From Methanobacteriota archaeon (GTDB lineage Archaea; Thermoplasmatota; Poseidoniia; Poseidoniales; Thalassarchaeaceae), in NCBI GenBank assembly GCA_016845345.1, contig JAERSV010000029.1, positions 24,917 through 88,916 on the forward strand: a stretch of 64,000 bases of DNA, written 5' to 3'. The position numbers and the translations under genes are program-made. Shown piece by piece: positions 52,895 through 63,117 of the stretch. How positions within the stretch are numbered: position 1 is the stretch's first letter; each line of letters opens with the position of its first letter. Below the pieces are notes generated by a model. The model was not told the DNA's origin. It saw nothing but the letters and a program-made list of their open reading frames with translations, and did not search any database.

Positions 52895-54586
52895 ATGTCG
52901 ATGTTGAAAAGAAGGGGAATTATCTTCCCGGCTTTTTCAATCCATGGTGGAATCGCGGGTTTGTTTGACTATGGACCGGTTGGTGGCAGGTTATTGAGAA
53001 AAGTACAGCAACAGTGGCGGGAACATTGGTTGTCAAAAGGAAATATCGTTGAAATTGATAGCCCCACAATAACACCAGAAACGGTATTACAAGCAAGTGG
53101 GCATGTTTCTGCCTTTAACGACCACGCATCAGAATGTAATTCTTGCAGTGCGATTTTCCGTAGCGACCATTTAGTTGAAGAGTATCAGCAAAATCCTGAT
53201 TCTCTTTCTGGCACACAATTAGATACAATCTTAGCAGAAAATGGAATTTCCTGCCCTTCTTGCAACAAATCAGATTGGGCAGAATCACGCCCAATGAATC
53301 TAATGTTCGGCACAAAAATAGGGGCGACAAGAGGGGGAAGGCAGGCGTATATGCGGCCTGAAACTGCTCAAGGAATGTTCCTAACCTTCCCCATGATCCA
53401 ACGCCACTTCAGGAATCGTCTCCCCTACGGGGCTATCCAAATTGGCAAAGGATACAGGAATGAAATAAGTCCGCGACAAGGAATGATTCGTCAAAGAGAA
53501 TTCAACATGGCGGAGCTGGAATACTTCATCGACCCAAATGCAGACGCGTCTCATGACTTTTCAAAATGGAATGAAATTGATTTTCAATTGATTCCAGACC
53601 CTATAGATGGTGAGCAAAAACCAATCAACATAGATATTGGCACCGCACTTACAAAAAATATTGTTCGCCATCCAACTGTTGCAATGTTCATGGCTGAAAC
53701 ATTTGATTTCCTAATTAAAATCGGAGCCGACCCTTCAAGAATCAGGTTTAGGCAACATGAATCTGATGAAATGGCCCATTATGCATCTGATTGTTGGGAC
53801 TTAGAAATGCACGGCTCTTATGGTTGGATTGAATGTGTTGGAATCGCTCACCGTGGTTGCTACGATTTGGGAGCACATGAAGAAGCAACTGGCACCAAAG
53901 AATTGAGAGCATGGCGTGATTTCGATGAACCAATCGAAGTTGACAAGGAAGTTGTGTCAGCAATAGGTTCAGTTGTAGGCCCTGCTTTTAGGCAACAAGC
54001 GGGTCAAGTGTCACAGGCTCTGTCAGAGTTGGAAACAATACCCACAGCTTTCCCCTTTGACCTTGACTTAAATGATGGAAATGTTGTCTCTATTGATGAT
54101 TCTATGGTTGAGGTAGTCAGGATTCAAGAAACCATACGTGGAGAGTGGTACTTACCCCATGTGGTTGAACCTGCGTTTGGCCTTGACCGAATTATATGGC
54201 ACCTGCTTGACCATGGTTATGAGATGACTAGTAAAGAGGGCGAAGAATATCTTATCCTGCACCTTTCAGAATCTGTCGCGCCTTACGAAGTTGTTGTGCT
54301 ACCGCTTTTCGAGAAAGATGGAATGGGAAAAATTGCCAAAGAATTGCAATGCAAACTTCTTGCAATAAATGGAATCGGCGTATATTATGACGGCACGAGG
54401 TCAATTGGTAGAAGGTATGCAAGAGCAGATGAAATTGGAGTTCCGTGGGCTATCACTGTTGACTATGAATCAATGGCAGATGGGACTGTTACAGTTCGTA
54501 GACGAGATGACCAATCTCAAATTCGAATATCTACAGATGATTTGATTCATCATTTACAAAGTGGATCGCTTGCATCGGTTTTCTGA
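52895..54586 (+). CDS. glyS: glycyl-tRNA synthetase (archaeal/eukaryotic dimeric type)
   Basis: LKRRGIIFPAFSIHGGIAGLFDYGPVGG, YMRPETAQG, FRNEISPRQGMIRQREFNMAELEYF, and a C-terminal anticodon-binding domain. Confidence 0.9.
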   Translation: MSMLKRRGIIFPAFSIHGGIAGLFDYGPVGGRLLRKVQQQWREHWLSKGNIVEIDSPTITPETVLQASGHVSAFNDHASECNSCSAIFRSDHLVEEYQQNPDSLSGTQLDTILAENGISCPSCNKSDWAESRPMNLMFGTKIGATRGGRQAYMRPETAQGMFLTFPMIQRHFRNRLPYGAIQIGKGYRNEISPRQGMIRQREFNMAELEYFIDPNADASHDFSKWNEIDFQLIPDPIDGEQKPINIDIGTALTKNIVRHPTVAMFMAETFDFLIKIGADPSRIRFRQHESDEMAHYASDCWDLEMHGSYGWIECVGIAHRGCYDLGAHEEATGTKELRAWRDFDEPIEVDKEVVSAIGSVVGPAFRQQAGQVSQALSELETIPTAFPFDLDLNDGNVVSIDDSMVEVVRIQETIRGEWYLPHVVEPAFGLDRIIWHLLDHGYEMTSKEGEEYLILHLSESVAPYEVVVLPLFEKDGMGKIAKELQCKLLAINGIGVYYDGTRSIGRRYARADEIGVPWAITVDYESMADGTVTVRRRDDQSQIRISTDDLIHHLQSGSLASVF

Positions 54587-54669
54587 ATCTTATTCCCCCC
54601 ACCTATTCATCATTTCAACGGTCATAGATTGATGAACATTCAAAACCCCTCGCCTCCGTGAGGGTGTTG

Positions 54670-56202
54670 ATGGCCGAAGCGCAGACTATTCCGTCCGACT
54701 GGACTGAACGCTATCGACCTCAGACAGCATCTCAATTAGAAGGTAATGAAGCAGCCAGAAAGAGGATAACAATGTGGCTAGAGTCATGGAAAAACGGCAC
54801 ACCTGACAAAAAAGGACTCTTACTTGTTGGACCACCCGGAATAGGCAAAACTAGCATCGTTAGGGCTGTCGCAGAAGACTTCGGCTGGGTCGTCATCGAA
54901 CTAAATGCAAGTGATGCAAGAAACGCCGCTGCAATCCGAAAAGCCGCTGGTGGCGGAGCTTCAAATTTCACATTTGGATTGGATGGTTCTTTTGATTTGG
55001 GTGGCTCAAGAAAAACACTCATTCTCCTAGATGAGGTGGACCATTTGCATGGTGGTTTGCGACAGGCCAGTGAGAGCAGAATTGAAGGTTCATTAGCTGA
55101 AAAAAGAGGTGAAGAAAGTACTATTTCTTCTTTGAAGGGAGATTCGGGTGGTAAAGCCGAGTTACTAAAAATGCTAAAAAACACCTCACAACCAGTAATT
55201 ATGACCTGTAATGAACCGATGGGATTGTGGGGTAGGCGTAATTCAAATTGGGCTTCAGCAAGAGACCGATTCCTACGACAAGCAGAATTAATCAAATTCA
55301 GAAGAGCAAGTTCTGGTGCTATGCATAAAATAGCAAAAAGGATTCTAAAATCAGAAAATGTTTCCTCTGACCCGGGCGCACTGAGTAGACTAGTCAATGC
55401 AAACCCCGGTGATATTCGAGCATTAGTTAGAGATTTACAAATGATTTGTGAAGATGGTTTTAATCACATTGACTTAGATGCAGTTGAAACTCAACTTAGT
55501 CGAGGTTTACGAGACCAGCAACTTGACTTGTTCCCTGGTTTGGAAGAACTCTACAAAAGTACAACTGCAAAAGATGCTGCTGAAATGATGAGAGACATAG
55601 AAATTACCCCAAGAGAATTGGTCGCCTGGGTTTCATGGAATAATGCCTCGGTTTTCAAAGGTCGGGATGACCTTAGCAGAGCAACTCAAACTTGCTCAAT
55701 AGCAGATCAATCATTGCATACAATGTACAGTAATAATGCATATCGAAGTTGGTATTGGTCTGGCCAATTATCAGCATTATCTGCGAGTGTTTCGTCAGTG
55801 AATGACTCCACCACAAGGTTTTCACTATCATTCCCACCATTTTTGAGGCGTGGAATGGAACCTTGGCGCCGAAAAGCCTTGATTGGGAAATTAACTGCTC
55901 TTTCTGGTTGTAGTATTCAAGCGGCACGAGAAGAATTGTGGCCACCATTAGCAGCAATTCATGAATCTGGTGAGGCAACTAATGTCGAAGATTTCACAAT
56001 TAGCAAAGAACTCAATTTAGATGGTGATGAACATGCATTACTGCATGGCCTTCGAAGTAATCTCAAATCAACTAAAGAGATTGTAGAAAGATACAATGAA
56101 AGTAGCAGAGCCAATCATGATAATGAAGAAATTGAACAAATGATAGAGACAGATGAAGATACAGCCCCGACAATAGATAAAGGGCAAAAAACGCTTTTTT
56201 GA
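54670..56202 (+). CDS. rfcL: replication factor C large subunit
   Basis: WTERYRPQTASQLEGNEAA..., LLLVGPPGIGKTS (Walker A), ILLDEVD (Walker B). Confidence 0.85.
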   Translation: MAEAQTIPSDWTERYRPQTASQLEGNEAARKRITMWLESWKNGTPDKKGLLLVGPPGIGKTSIVRAVAEDFGWVVIELNASDARNAAAIRKAAGGGASNFTFGLDGSFDLGGSRKTLILLDEVDHLHGGLRQASESRIEGSLAEKRGEESTISSLKGDSGGKAELLKMLKNTSQPVIMTCNEPMGLWGRRNSNWASARDRFLRQAELIKFRRASSGAMHKIAKRILKSENVSSDPGALSRLVNANPGDIRALVRDLQMICEDGFNHIDLDAVETQLSRGLRDQQLDLFPGLEELYKSTTAKDAAEMMRDIEITPRELVAWVSWNNASVFKGRDDLSRATQTCSIADQSLHTMYSNNAYRSWYWSGQLSALSASVSSVNDSTTRFSLSFPPFLRRGMEPWRRKALIGKLTALSGCSIQAAREELWPPLAAIHESGEATNVEDFTISKELNLDGDEHALLHGLRSNLKSTKEIVERYNESSRANHDNEEIEQMIETDEDTAPTIDKGQKTLF

Positions 56203-57765
56203 TTATTCTTTCCAGACTCTAATGGAAAGTAAGACAATAACTGTCAGTAATTCTAAACGACCTAACCACATCAAAGTAGCTGTAATGAGTAGGCTAGTCC
56301 AATGTAAACTAGCCCATGTTTGCGTCGGCCCGAAACTCCCTAAGGCTGGGCCGGTGTTACCTAAGGAGGCAATTGCTACTGAAATCACTGTTTCTAAATC
56401 CAGAGATGATTCAATTATTGCTAGTACGATGATACTCGCCATTGAAAGAACAGCCCACCACGAAAGCATCCCAACTATTGTCCAAAGTTTTTCATCCTCA
56501 ACAACTTCTCCGTTAAGGCGCACTAGGTGTATTTTCTTAGGTGATGCAATTCGAGAAATTTCGCGTTTTGCCAACAGATATGCAATTCTCAGTCGTAAAA
56601 TTTTGAGCCCTCCACTTGTTGACCCTGCTGAAGCACCAACTATCATCAAGAACAATAAAATAATTAACGATAAAGTTGGCCAAATTGCATAGTTTGAACT
56701 GGCATAACCTGTTGAAGTACCAATTGATACTACATTGAAAATTGCATGGCGAAATGAACTACCGAATTCCCAGTCTGCGAAGAAGTAAAGGCTTGCTGTC
56801 ACGGTTAGTGTAGCAAGTGTTAACACCGCTAAATATACTTGCATCTCTTGGTCCTTAATTGCAGCCCTCCAGTCGCCTCTATAGACAAAATGAAAGAGAC
56901 TGAAATTAATCCCAGCAAGTATCATAAATACAATAATAATGCTTTCAACAGTAGCGCTGTTGAAAGACATAATTCCGGCATCATAGGTGCTAAATCCACC
57001 CGATGAGAGAGTTGACAACCCGTGATTAACAGCGTCAAATAATCCCATACCAGCCAAATAATAAAGTAGACAAATTTCTACAATTGTAAAGAATGCATAG
57101 ATGCCCCAAAGAATCTTCGCTGTCTGTTGAATCCTTGGCTTTAATCGTGACAAGGAAGGGCCTGTGAGTTCTGCTCTCGCCATTGTCATCCCGCCACCTA
57201 AATAGCGGGCTAATAGTAACATACCAAGCATAATTATCCCCATGCCGCCGAGCCATTGACTAAGACTTCGCCACAATAAATGGATCTGACCTTGGGCATT
57301 GATGCAATCAGGAACACTAGGCTGACAAACAGGGCTAGTTCGAGGGTCAATAACCGTCGCACCTGTTGTCGTAAAGCCAGACATTGACTCAAAAAAAGCA
57401 CGCACATAGCCACCAAGAACTTCAGGCAAGGTTGACTGCCCACTAATCAGTTCAAAGGGCCCATGGAACATCCCTCCAAACCAATATGGAAGAGCACCGA
57501 TTATCACAATAACTGGCCAACCTAATGCTACCGCAGCAAATGCTTCTCTGTCTCTCAATCTCTCAGAACTCGCACCTCTCTTTTCACCCCATATCTTGAG
57601 CCAATATCCTAAACCAATGGAAATCGTAAAAGGAAGTAAAAACGAGCGCATTGTTAACTCAACCTCATCGAGCAAAAATGAACCAACTAAAATCATTAGC
57701 GCCAAAGGACCTGCTAGCAACATGAGCGTCAAACCTACCACGTAGGCGAGAACATCATTTCTCAT
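56203..57765 (-). CDS. trkH: Trk-type potassium uptake protein TrkH
   Basis: 520 aa polytopic protein with repeated M1-P-M2 units and selectivity-filter-like segments (SGFTTTGAT, SSGGFST, IGTSTGY, GNTGPALG). Confidence 0.9.
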   Translation of the reverse strand: MRNDVLAYVVGLTLMLLAGPLALMILVGSFLLDEVELTMRSFLLPFTISIGLGYWLKIWGEKRGASSERLRDREAFAAVALGWPVIVIIGALPYWFGGMFHGPFELISGQSTLPEVLGGYVRAFFESMSGFTTTGATVIDPRTSPVCQPSVPDCINAQGQIHLLWRSLSQWLGGMGIIMLGMLLLARYLGGGMTMARAELTGPSLSRLKPRIQQTAKILWGIYAFFTIVEICLLYYLAGMGLFDAVNHGLSTLSSGGFSTYDAGIMSFNSATVESIIIVFMILAGINFSLFHFVYRGDWRAAIKDQEMQVYLAVLTLATLTVTASLYFFADWEFGSSFRHAIFNVVSIGTSTGYASSNYAIWPTLSLIILLFLMIVGASAGSTSGGLKILRLRIAYLLAKREISRIASPKKIHLVRLNGEVVEDEKLWTIVGMLSWWAVLSMASIIVLAIIESSLDLETVISVAIASLGNTGPALGSFGPTQTWASLHWTSLLITATLMWLGRLELLTVIVLLSIRVWKE

Positions 57766-57769
57766 TTAT

Positions 57770-59179
57770 TCAACTCCTTGTGAGTCGTTTTTCAACATTT
57801 TCAATGTCTTCCACTTTAGCGAAAAGCATCAAGCGATCACCCTCCATTAGGATTTGGTCACTTGAAGCCCTGAGGATGCTTTCAGTTCCAGATGACTTAG
57901 AAGTGCGATGAATAAATGCTACACGACATAACTTGTTTTCGAGCACCTTGACTTTATTGCCAATCATTCTGTGCCCAGGCCCAAGAATAGCAGACATGCC
58001 AACAATATCAGGAATAGTTGACAAAAGATGATAATTTCCTTCTATCTTACTATGAACATGGCGTAGAATATAGTTGATTGACACTCTTCTACGGCTAACT
58101 GCAAAAGAATGGCCAATTCTTCTAGCGATTTGCGCCATTTGGCTGTCATCTAGTACCATCCCTACAATTGAAACACCTAATTCAGTTGCGTGAAGCGCGA
58201 CTGCCATGTTAGCGTGGTCATCAGATAAAGCAGAGATTGCAATGTGATGTTCGTCAACATCTAATTCTTGAAGCAAACCTGCATCCAAAGGATTACCGTG
58301 AATAGAATCCAACAAGTCTGTGTTGGCAAAGTCACTACCTGCCAACTCGTTGGCTTGTTCTAAATTCTCACTGATAACAGTGACCCTGCAACCATCCTCC
58401 AAGTACGATTTTGCTATTTGCCGTCCCAATCTAGTTGCACCGAATATCATTACTCTTGGGTGGTCAGGATAATCCGGAGGTTGGTGCCCAGTTGCCAGAA
58501 GAATTCTCCTGAAAGTGTGTTTTCCTATTGTCGCGAAAGCAACTAGTGAATTAGAAACTATAACTGAGTCTGAATTAGGAATATGGCTCTTCTTCCCAGG
58601 CTCTTTTATCCCAAATATTCTTGGCAAGCCATCAACATTATCTCGAGCCTCCTGAATAGTAGACCCAATCAATCTCTCAGCAGATGGTAGAACCTCTCCA
58701 ACAGATATCCAAGCATCGTGACCAAGAGGAAGCACCTCAACCATTGAAGCACCTTGTAGTCCCACTTTTAGGTCTTCAATCACAAGTAAGTCAGAACAAA
58801 CAGCGTATTGAACTCCACTCCATCGCGTCAAATCCCCACTTTCCTCATCGGAAATCAAACTTGCATCATGGATTCGAGCAATCGTCATTAGTTCTGATTT
58901 CCCAGCCTGCTGAGCAATATCTCGCGCTAGTGCGCAAGAAATCATGTTAATTTCATCACGTTGAGTTGCGGCAATGTAGACTTCAGCATTTTGCACCTTT
59001 GCTTCAATCAAATCCTCTCTGAGCGTCGCGTCGCCTTGTACGACTAAGACGTCCAAGGCTTGAGCCTCTTTGATAGAAACAGGATCGGTGTCAATCAGAA
59101 CTACGTCCCGACCTTCACTACGTAAAGCCTTAGCAACCCCACGACCGACTTCGCCGGCCCCCCCGATAACTATCCTCAT
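57770..59179 (-). CDS. trkA: Trk system NAD-binding protein TrkA (double RCK)
   Basis: MRIVIGGAGEVGRGVA and a second Rossmann motif MIFGATRLGRQIA, each followed by a TrkA-C-like segment. Confidence 0.9.
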   Translation of the reverse strand: MRIVIGGAGEVGRGVAKALRSEGRDVVLIDTDPVSIKEAQALDVLVVQGDATLREDLIEAKVQNAEVYIAATQRDEINMISCALARDIAQQAGKSELMTIARIHDASLISDEESGDLTRWSGVQYAVCSDLLVIEDLKVGLQGASMVEVLPLGHDAWISVGEVLPSAERLIGSTIQEARDNVDGLPRIFGIKEPGKKSHIPNSDSVIVSNSLVAFATIGKHTFRRILLATGHQPPDYPDHPRVMIFGATRLGRQIAKSYLEDGCRVTVISENLEQANELAGSDFANTDLLDSIHGNPLDAGLLQELDVDEHHIAISALSDDHANMAVALHATELGVSIVGMVLDDSQMAQIARRIGHSFAVSRRRVSINYILRHVHSKIEGNYHLLSTIPDIVGMSAILGPGHRMIGNKVKVLENKLCRVAFIHRTSKSSGTESILRASSDQILMEGDRLMLFAKVEDIENVEKRLTRS

Positions 59180-59228
59180 GGAAGCACCCTTCGGCAATCA
59201 ATCGGGCGAGCATCTCTCATTTGATTGT

Positions 59229-60791
59229 TCACTCTCCTGTTACATATGGTACTTTAAAAGTGCCACCAAGGTGATTAGGGCCAATAATTGTGTCCCAATT
59301 CTCCACCCAATCATACTGATATGCGTTTATGGACATCACTTTATAGAATTCATCAGGTGCTGTTCCTTCTGGACTATAAGGTTCTAAAAATTCGGAAAAT
59401 GCAGTGGGTGTATGCAATAACCACTTATTGTTTACAACGTCGACTGATCCTTCCAAGTAGCAACTGTCTAAATCTATGCCGTTTTCATCACACCATTCAC
59501 TGCTGTATGGAATTAATACAACTGACCAAGCATGTGCTTCCCAAATTTCATGATTTAATGATGTCAAGGCGCCGAACTCATACCAAGTAGGGATGTTTTT
59601 TACCCTTAGAATGCTCATCCACGCATTTGCCTGTTCATCACAATCACCAATCTCTTGTGCTAAACAAGTCGGACCACTCCTCGGTGGATATGGTGAACCC
59701 GGTCCATAAACGACATTGTCTCTAACATAGATGAATGCCGCATGAGCAAAGGCGTATGTGTTGTATTGTTGGTTTACTGGAAGACTTGCCTGAATGTTAT
59801 CTGCTGCAGCCCTTACGAGGTGATGGTCGCCATCAATTGCCCAATTCTCAATTGAGCCACCTACATTTCTATCATACCATTGGTGTTCTTCTCCAATCAA
59901 AGAGGTTGTAGCCCCAACCCATCCTGACCTAGTTAAATCGCTAAACGTACCTGAATTTGAGACATCCATTCCTTGGGAGGTACCTGTAATAGGGTTTGAG
60001 ATAGTATCCCCACTATTCCATGCATAAGAAAAAGATTCAATCTCGTATGTAATCGTCAGAATTGCTATTGATGTTGCAGGGATATCTCCTTTCCAAATTA
60101 AACAACGGGTGTATTTACACCGATCACCATTAGGCCCTAAGGTAGGCCAATGAACAGAAGAGAAACCATCTCCCAAAGCAATAGCAGATGATTCTTCCAA
60201 AAATTCAACAGTTACAACTGGAACGTCTATATGAGAAAAACTAGAACCGACCTTCATTGATTTCACCAATTGCAGATTAGCCGCCATATCCAAATTTCCA
60301 TTGTGGGAAAATGTAGTATCTTCGATACCTCGGTTGGTTCGTTGAATTGGAATCGGTAAACGATACAAAAATTGCCTCTCACCAGAGTCAAAATTTTCAA
60401 TCTCAACCGTTCTCTGAAGAGTATATTCTGTGTTTACTGGGTATTCATGAGCTGGCCCAATGGATTTCCAAAAATCGCCCAACCAAACACTCAATTGTTT
60501 ATTCACATGCTCTTGAGCGGGTGTAAATAAGAAAACAAATGCTATGATAATCACTAATACAAGATTCTTGAACTGTTTACCCGTTTTTTTCTTCTTACGT
60601 TTCAAACGGGCTTGCTGAGCCCTACCCTTTGGACTCATCCCGTACTGTACTCTACTACCCTTTTGCTGTGGAACGCCAGAGGGAGTTACTCGTCCACCCA
60701 TTCCAGATGTTCCACTGATGACTCTCCCGCATCCATGGCATATCGGATTCCTCAAACTAGCAGGAGCCATGCAATATGGACAACGGGGCAT
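59229..60791 (-). CDS. membrane-anchored transglutaminase-like (Cys protease fold) protein with N-terminal zinc ribbon
   Basis: MPRCPYC...CHGCG, basic stretch, TM helix LVLVIIIAFVFLF, then a large extracytoplasmic region ending in TGase core GDCDEQANAWMSILRVKNIP (Cys), EAHAWSVVLI (His), GSVDVVN (Asp). Confidence 0.7.
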   Translation of the reverse strand: MPRCPYCMAPASLRNPICHGCGRVISGTSGMGGRVTPSGVPQQKGSRVQYGMSPKGRAQQARLKRKKKKTGKQFKNLVLVIIIAFVFLFTPAQEHVNKQLSVWLGDFWKSIGPAHEYPVNTEYTLQRTVEIENFDSGERQFLYRLPIPIQRTNRGIEDTTFSHNGNLDMAANLQLVKSMKVGSSFSHIDVPVVTVEFLEESSAIALGDGFSSVHWPTLGPNGDRCKYTRCLIWKGDIPATSIAILTITYEIESFSYAWNSGDTISNPITGTSQGMDVSNSGTFSDLTRSGWVGATTSLIGEEHQWYDRNVGGSIENWAIDGDHHLVRAAADNIQASLPVNQQYNTYAFAHAAFIYVRDNVVYGPGSPYPPRSGPTCLAQEIGDCDEQANAWMSILRVKNIPTWYEFGALTSLNHEIWEAHAWSVVLIPYSSEWCDENGIDLDSCYLEGSVDVVNNKWLLHTPTAFSEFLEPYSPEGTAPDEFYKVMSINAYQYDWVENWDTIIGPNHLGGTFKVPYVTGE

Positions 60792-60862
60792 TAACTTTCT
60801 GTGGCACACTAAGCCCCATAACAATTCTCCAGTAACTCTGTGAAATGTGAACGATTGCAGTC

Positions 60863-61660
60863 TTATTCTTCAGACTCGTTTACTATATCCCCGTGCTGCC
60901 TTTCAGCCTTCAGGCGTGCTCTTTCAGAAGATTTTCGAACCGTACGATAATACTCTTGTCGAATAGAAGGGATTAATGCCGAGGGTAACCACTTTTCCTC
61001 AGCGATGGTGAAACCATAAATCGCGACAACTGGCAACACTAGCAATAAAATTGGTTGAGCAGTGATTCCAACGAGTACTGCAATGAGAACGAATCCGCGA
61101 TAAAGACCTGACTGCCACATCACAGTGAGGGGCTTTTTGTCAACTACCGCAGCACCTTGCCAAGAGCCAAGTGCTGCTTCAATTGCTGGTAATGTCATAG
61201 TTATCCAGACTCCAGTCAAAACCATTGGCCAGTTGAACCCGGATACAAAGCCAATCCAATTCGGGTCTGCCATCCGAATCATCAGATATGAGGCTTGTAA
61301 CGCACCCATCCCAAGCCCCATTGTCCATCCAGATGTAGGAGATGCGAGTAAAAGCCTCACTTTTTCTCTAGATAGTAAATAATGAAAAATTAGTGATTGG
61401 GCAAGCCCGACAAATATCATCAAACCTAGTGTTTCAATCAATACTGCACCGGTTTGTGCTACGAGACTGATAAAAAGCCCATCAATCAAGATTCCACTAA
61501 ATGCCCCAAGTACAATTCCAAATGCAAGATGCTTCGTTGCATTTGGCATATCATAGAATCCAGCCATATTCTGCATCCCACCCCTCCAACCGACGTAAAC
61601 GCCGAGTGTTCCAAGAGCAATGAGAATCTGAACCTGATACTGAGGCAGGTCTAATGCCAT
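60863..61660 (-). CDS. polytopic membrane protein (hypothetical)
   Basis: 265 aa, about 7 hydrophobic helices, charged C-terminal tail. No family recognised. Confidence 0.55.
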   Translation of the reverse strand: MALDLPQYQVQILIALGTLGVYVGWRGGMQNMAGFYDMPNATKHLAFGIVLGAFSGILIDGLFISLVAQTGAVLIETLGLMIFVGLAQSLIFHYLLSREKVRLLLASPTSGWTMGLGMGALQASYLMIRMADPNWIGFVSGFNWPMVLTGVWITMTLPAIEAALGSWQGAAVVDKKPLTVMWQSGLYRGFVLIAVLVGITAQPILLLVLPVVAIYGFTIAEEKWLPSALIPSIRQEYYRTVRKSSERARLKAERQHGDIVNESEE

Positions 61661-61721
61661 AGTAGGGGCGAGATGATGTCTCTTGATGTATTCACCGCTT
61701 CCTCAATTAGTAGTCCGGCGC

Positions 61722-61761
61722 ATTCAAACGGGATGGGTGTGACGGCGGCATAGGTGGATGC
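61722..61761 (+). promoter_or_regulatory. SRP54 promoter/leader (ATTCAA box + GGATGGGT + GC box + SD)
   Basis: ATTCAAACGGGATGGGTGTGACGGCGGCATAGGTGGATGCATG. 22 of the first 29 nt are identical to the ProRS upstream region. Confidence 0.45.
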
Positions 61762-63117
61762 ATGGCGCTTGAAGGACTGAAGGCTGGAATCTTTGGTGCT
61801 ATTTCTGCCCTAAAGGGCAAACGCAAGTTAGATGAAGCCGAACTTGCAGAAATGATCAAAAGTATTAGGGTGGCTTTACTTGAAGCAGATTTCAATGTTA
61901 GGCAAACTAAGGAAATATCAGAGAGACTTGAATCACGAATGAGAGAGGAAGAACCTCGCCCAGGAGTGGTGCTACAAACTCACGCATTGAATATCATTTA
62001 CACCGAATTAGTTCGTATGCTGGGGACACCTCGAGAAATTATCCCACATAACCAGACTATCCTCATGGTCGGACTTTATGGACAAGGAAAGACCACTACC
62101 ACAGCAAAATTAGCAGAATGGTGGCGAAAAAAACACAACATGAAAATTGCAGTCATTGAAGCTGATGTACACCGGCCAGGTGCTTATGCGCAATTACAAC
62201 AACTTCTTGCAGATTCTCCTGTGGAAGTTTATGGTGAACCCGAAGAAACAGATGCACTGACGATCGTGAAAAACGGATTGGCAGAAGTTGGTGGTGCTGA
62301 CTTAGTAATCATTGACACTGCTGGGCGAGATAGATTAGACGAGGGATTACAAGATGAATTGGATGCAATTCATAGAGTTGCAAAAGCCACAGAACGCTTT
62401 CTGGTAATTGACGCACAGGTCGGCCAAGCAGCAGGACCTGTCGCAGCATCATTCCATGACCTAGTGGGTGTAACAGGAGTTATTGTAACCAAATTAGATG
62501 GTACCGCTCGAGGTGGTGGCGCCCTTTCAGCAGTCGCAACTACTGGCGCCCCCATTGTCTTTATTGGAGAAGGAGAAAAAGTTTCAGATCTAGAAAAATT
62601 CGAATCTGATAGATTCATTTCAAGACTTCTCGGTATGGGAGACATTAGAGGTTTAATCGACCTTGCACCTGAGGATTTGGATGCTGAGGAAGCGGCAAGA
62701 ATTGCAGAGAGACTAATGTCGGGAAGATTCACTCTCAATGATATGTACAAACAAATGGAAATGATGTCAAAAATTGGGACTGTTGACAAAATCATGTCAC
62801 ATATGCCGATGGGCTTCATGGGGATGGGGAACATGTCAAAAAAGCAAAAACTTGAGATGCAAACCAATCTTGAGAAATTCAAGATTATCATGGACAGTAT
62901 GACCTCTCATGAAAAGAACGAACCATTAGTTCTCAAACAAGAGAGAATAAAGCGAATTGCACTCGGTTCAGGAACTACTGAAAGGGACGTTAGAGATTTG
63001 CTGGCACAGTGGAAGCGCTCTCGTAAGATGATGAAGGGCGTCAGAGGAAACCGTCGACTTCGAAAGCAAATGAAAGACATGATGGGCGACATCGACGATG
63101 TCGATATGCCAATGTGA
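61762..63117 (+). CDS. srp54: signal recognition particle protein SRP54
   Basis: N domain LLEADFNV, G domain GLYGQGKTTT, DTAGR, TKLDGTARGG, and a Met-rich M domain. Confidence 0.95.
   Translation: MALEGLKAGIFGAISALKGKRKLDEAELAEMIKSIRVALLEADFNVRQTKEISERLESRMREEEPRPGVVLQTHALNIIYTELVRMLGTPREIIPHNQTILMVGLYGQGKTTTTAKLAEWWRKKHNMKIAVIEADVHRPGAYAQLQQLLADSPVEVYGEPEETDALTIVKNGLAEVGGADLVIIDTAGRDRLDEGLQDELDAIHRVAKATERFLVIDAQVGQAAGPVAASFHDLVGVTGVIVTKLDGTARGGGALSAVATTGAPIVFIGEGEKVSDLEKFESDRFISRLLGMGDIRGLIDLAPEDLDAEEAARIAERLMSGRFTLNDMYKQMEMMSKIGTVDKIMSHMPMGFMGMGNMSKKQKLEMQTNLEKFKIIMDSMTSHEKNEPLVLKQERIKRIALGSGTTERDVRDLLAQWKRSRKMMKGVRGNRRLRKQMKDMMGDIDDVDMPM

Noticed and set aside
54732-55397. 221-aa minus-strand ORF
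   Set aside because: It is antisense to the RFC large subunit gene, which has Walker A/B motifs. No motif of its own.
56222-56692. 156-aa plus-strand ORF
   Set aside because: It is antisense to trkH.
61661-61761. Possible C/D-box sRNA in the 100-nt spacer upstream of srp54 (GAGATGATGT resembles a C box)
   Set aside because: There is no matching D box (CUGA) at an appropriate distance and no terminal stem. The region is better explained as the divergent promoter of srp54 and the membrane-protein gene.
62370-62891. 173-aa minus-strand ORF
   Set aside because: It is antisense to srp54.
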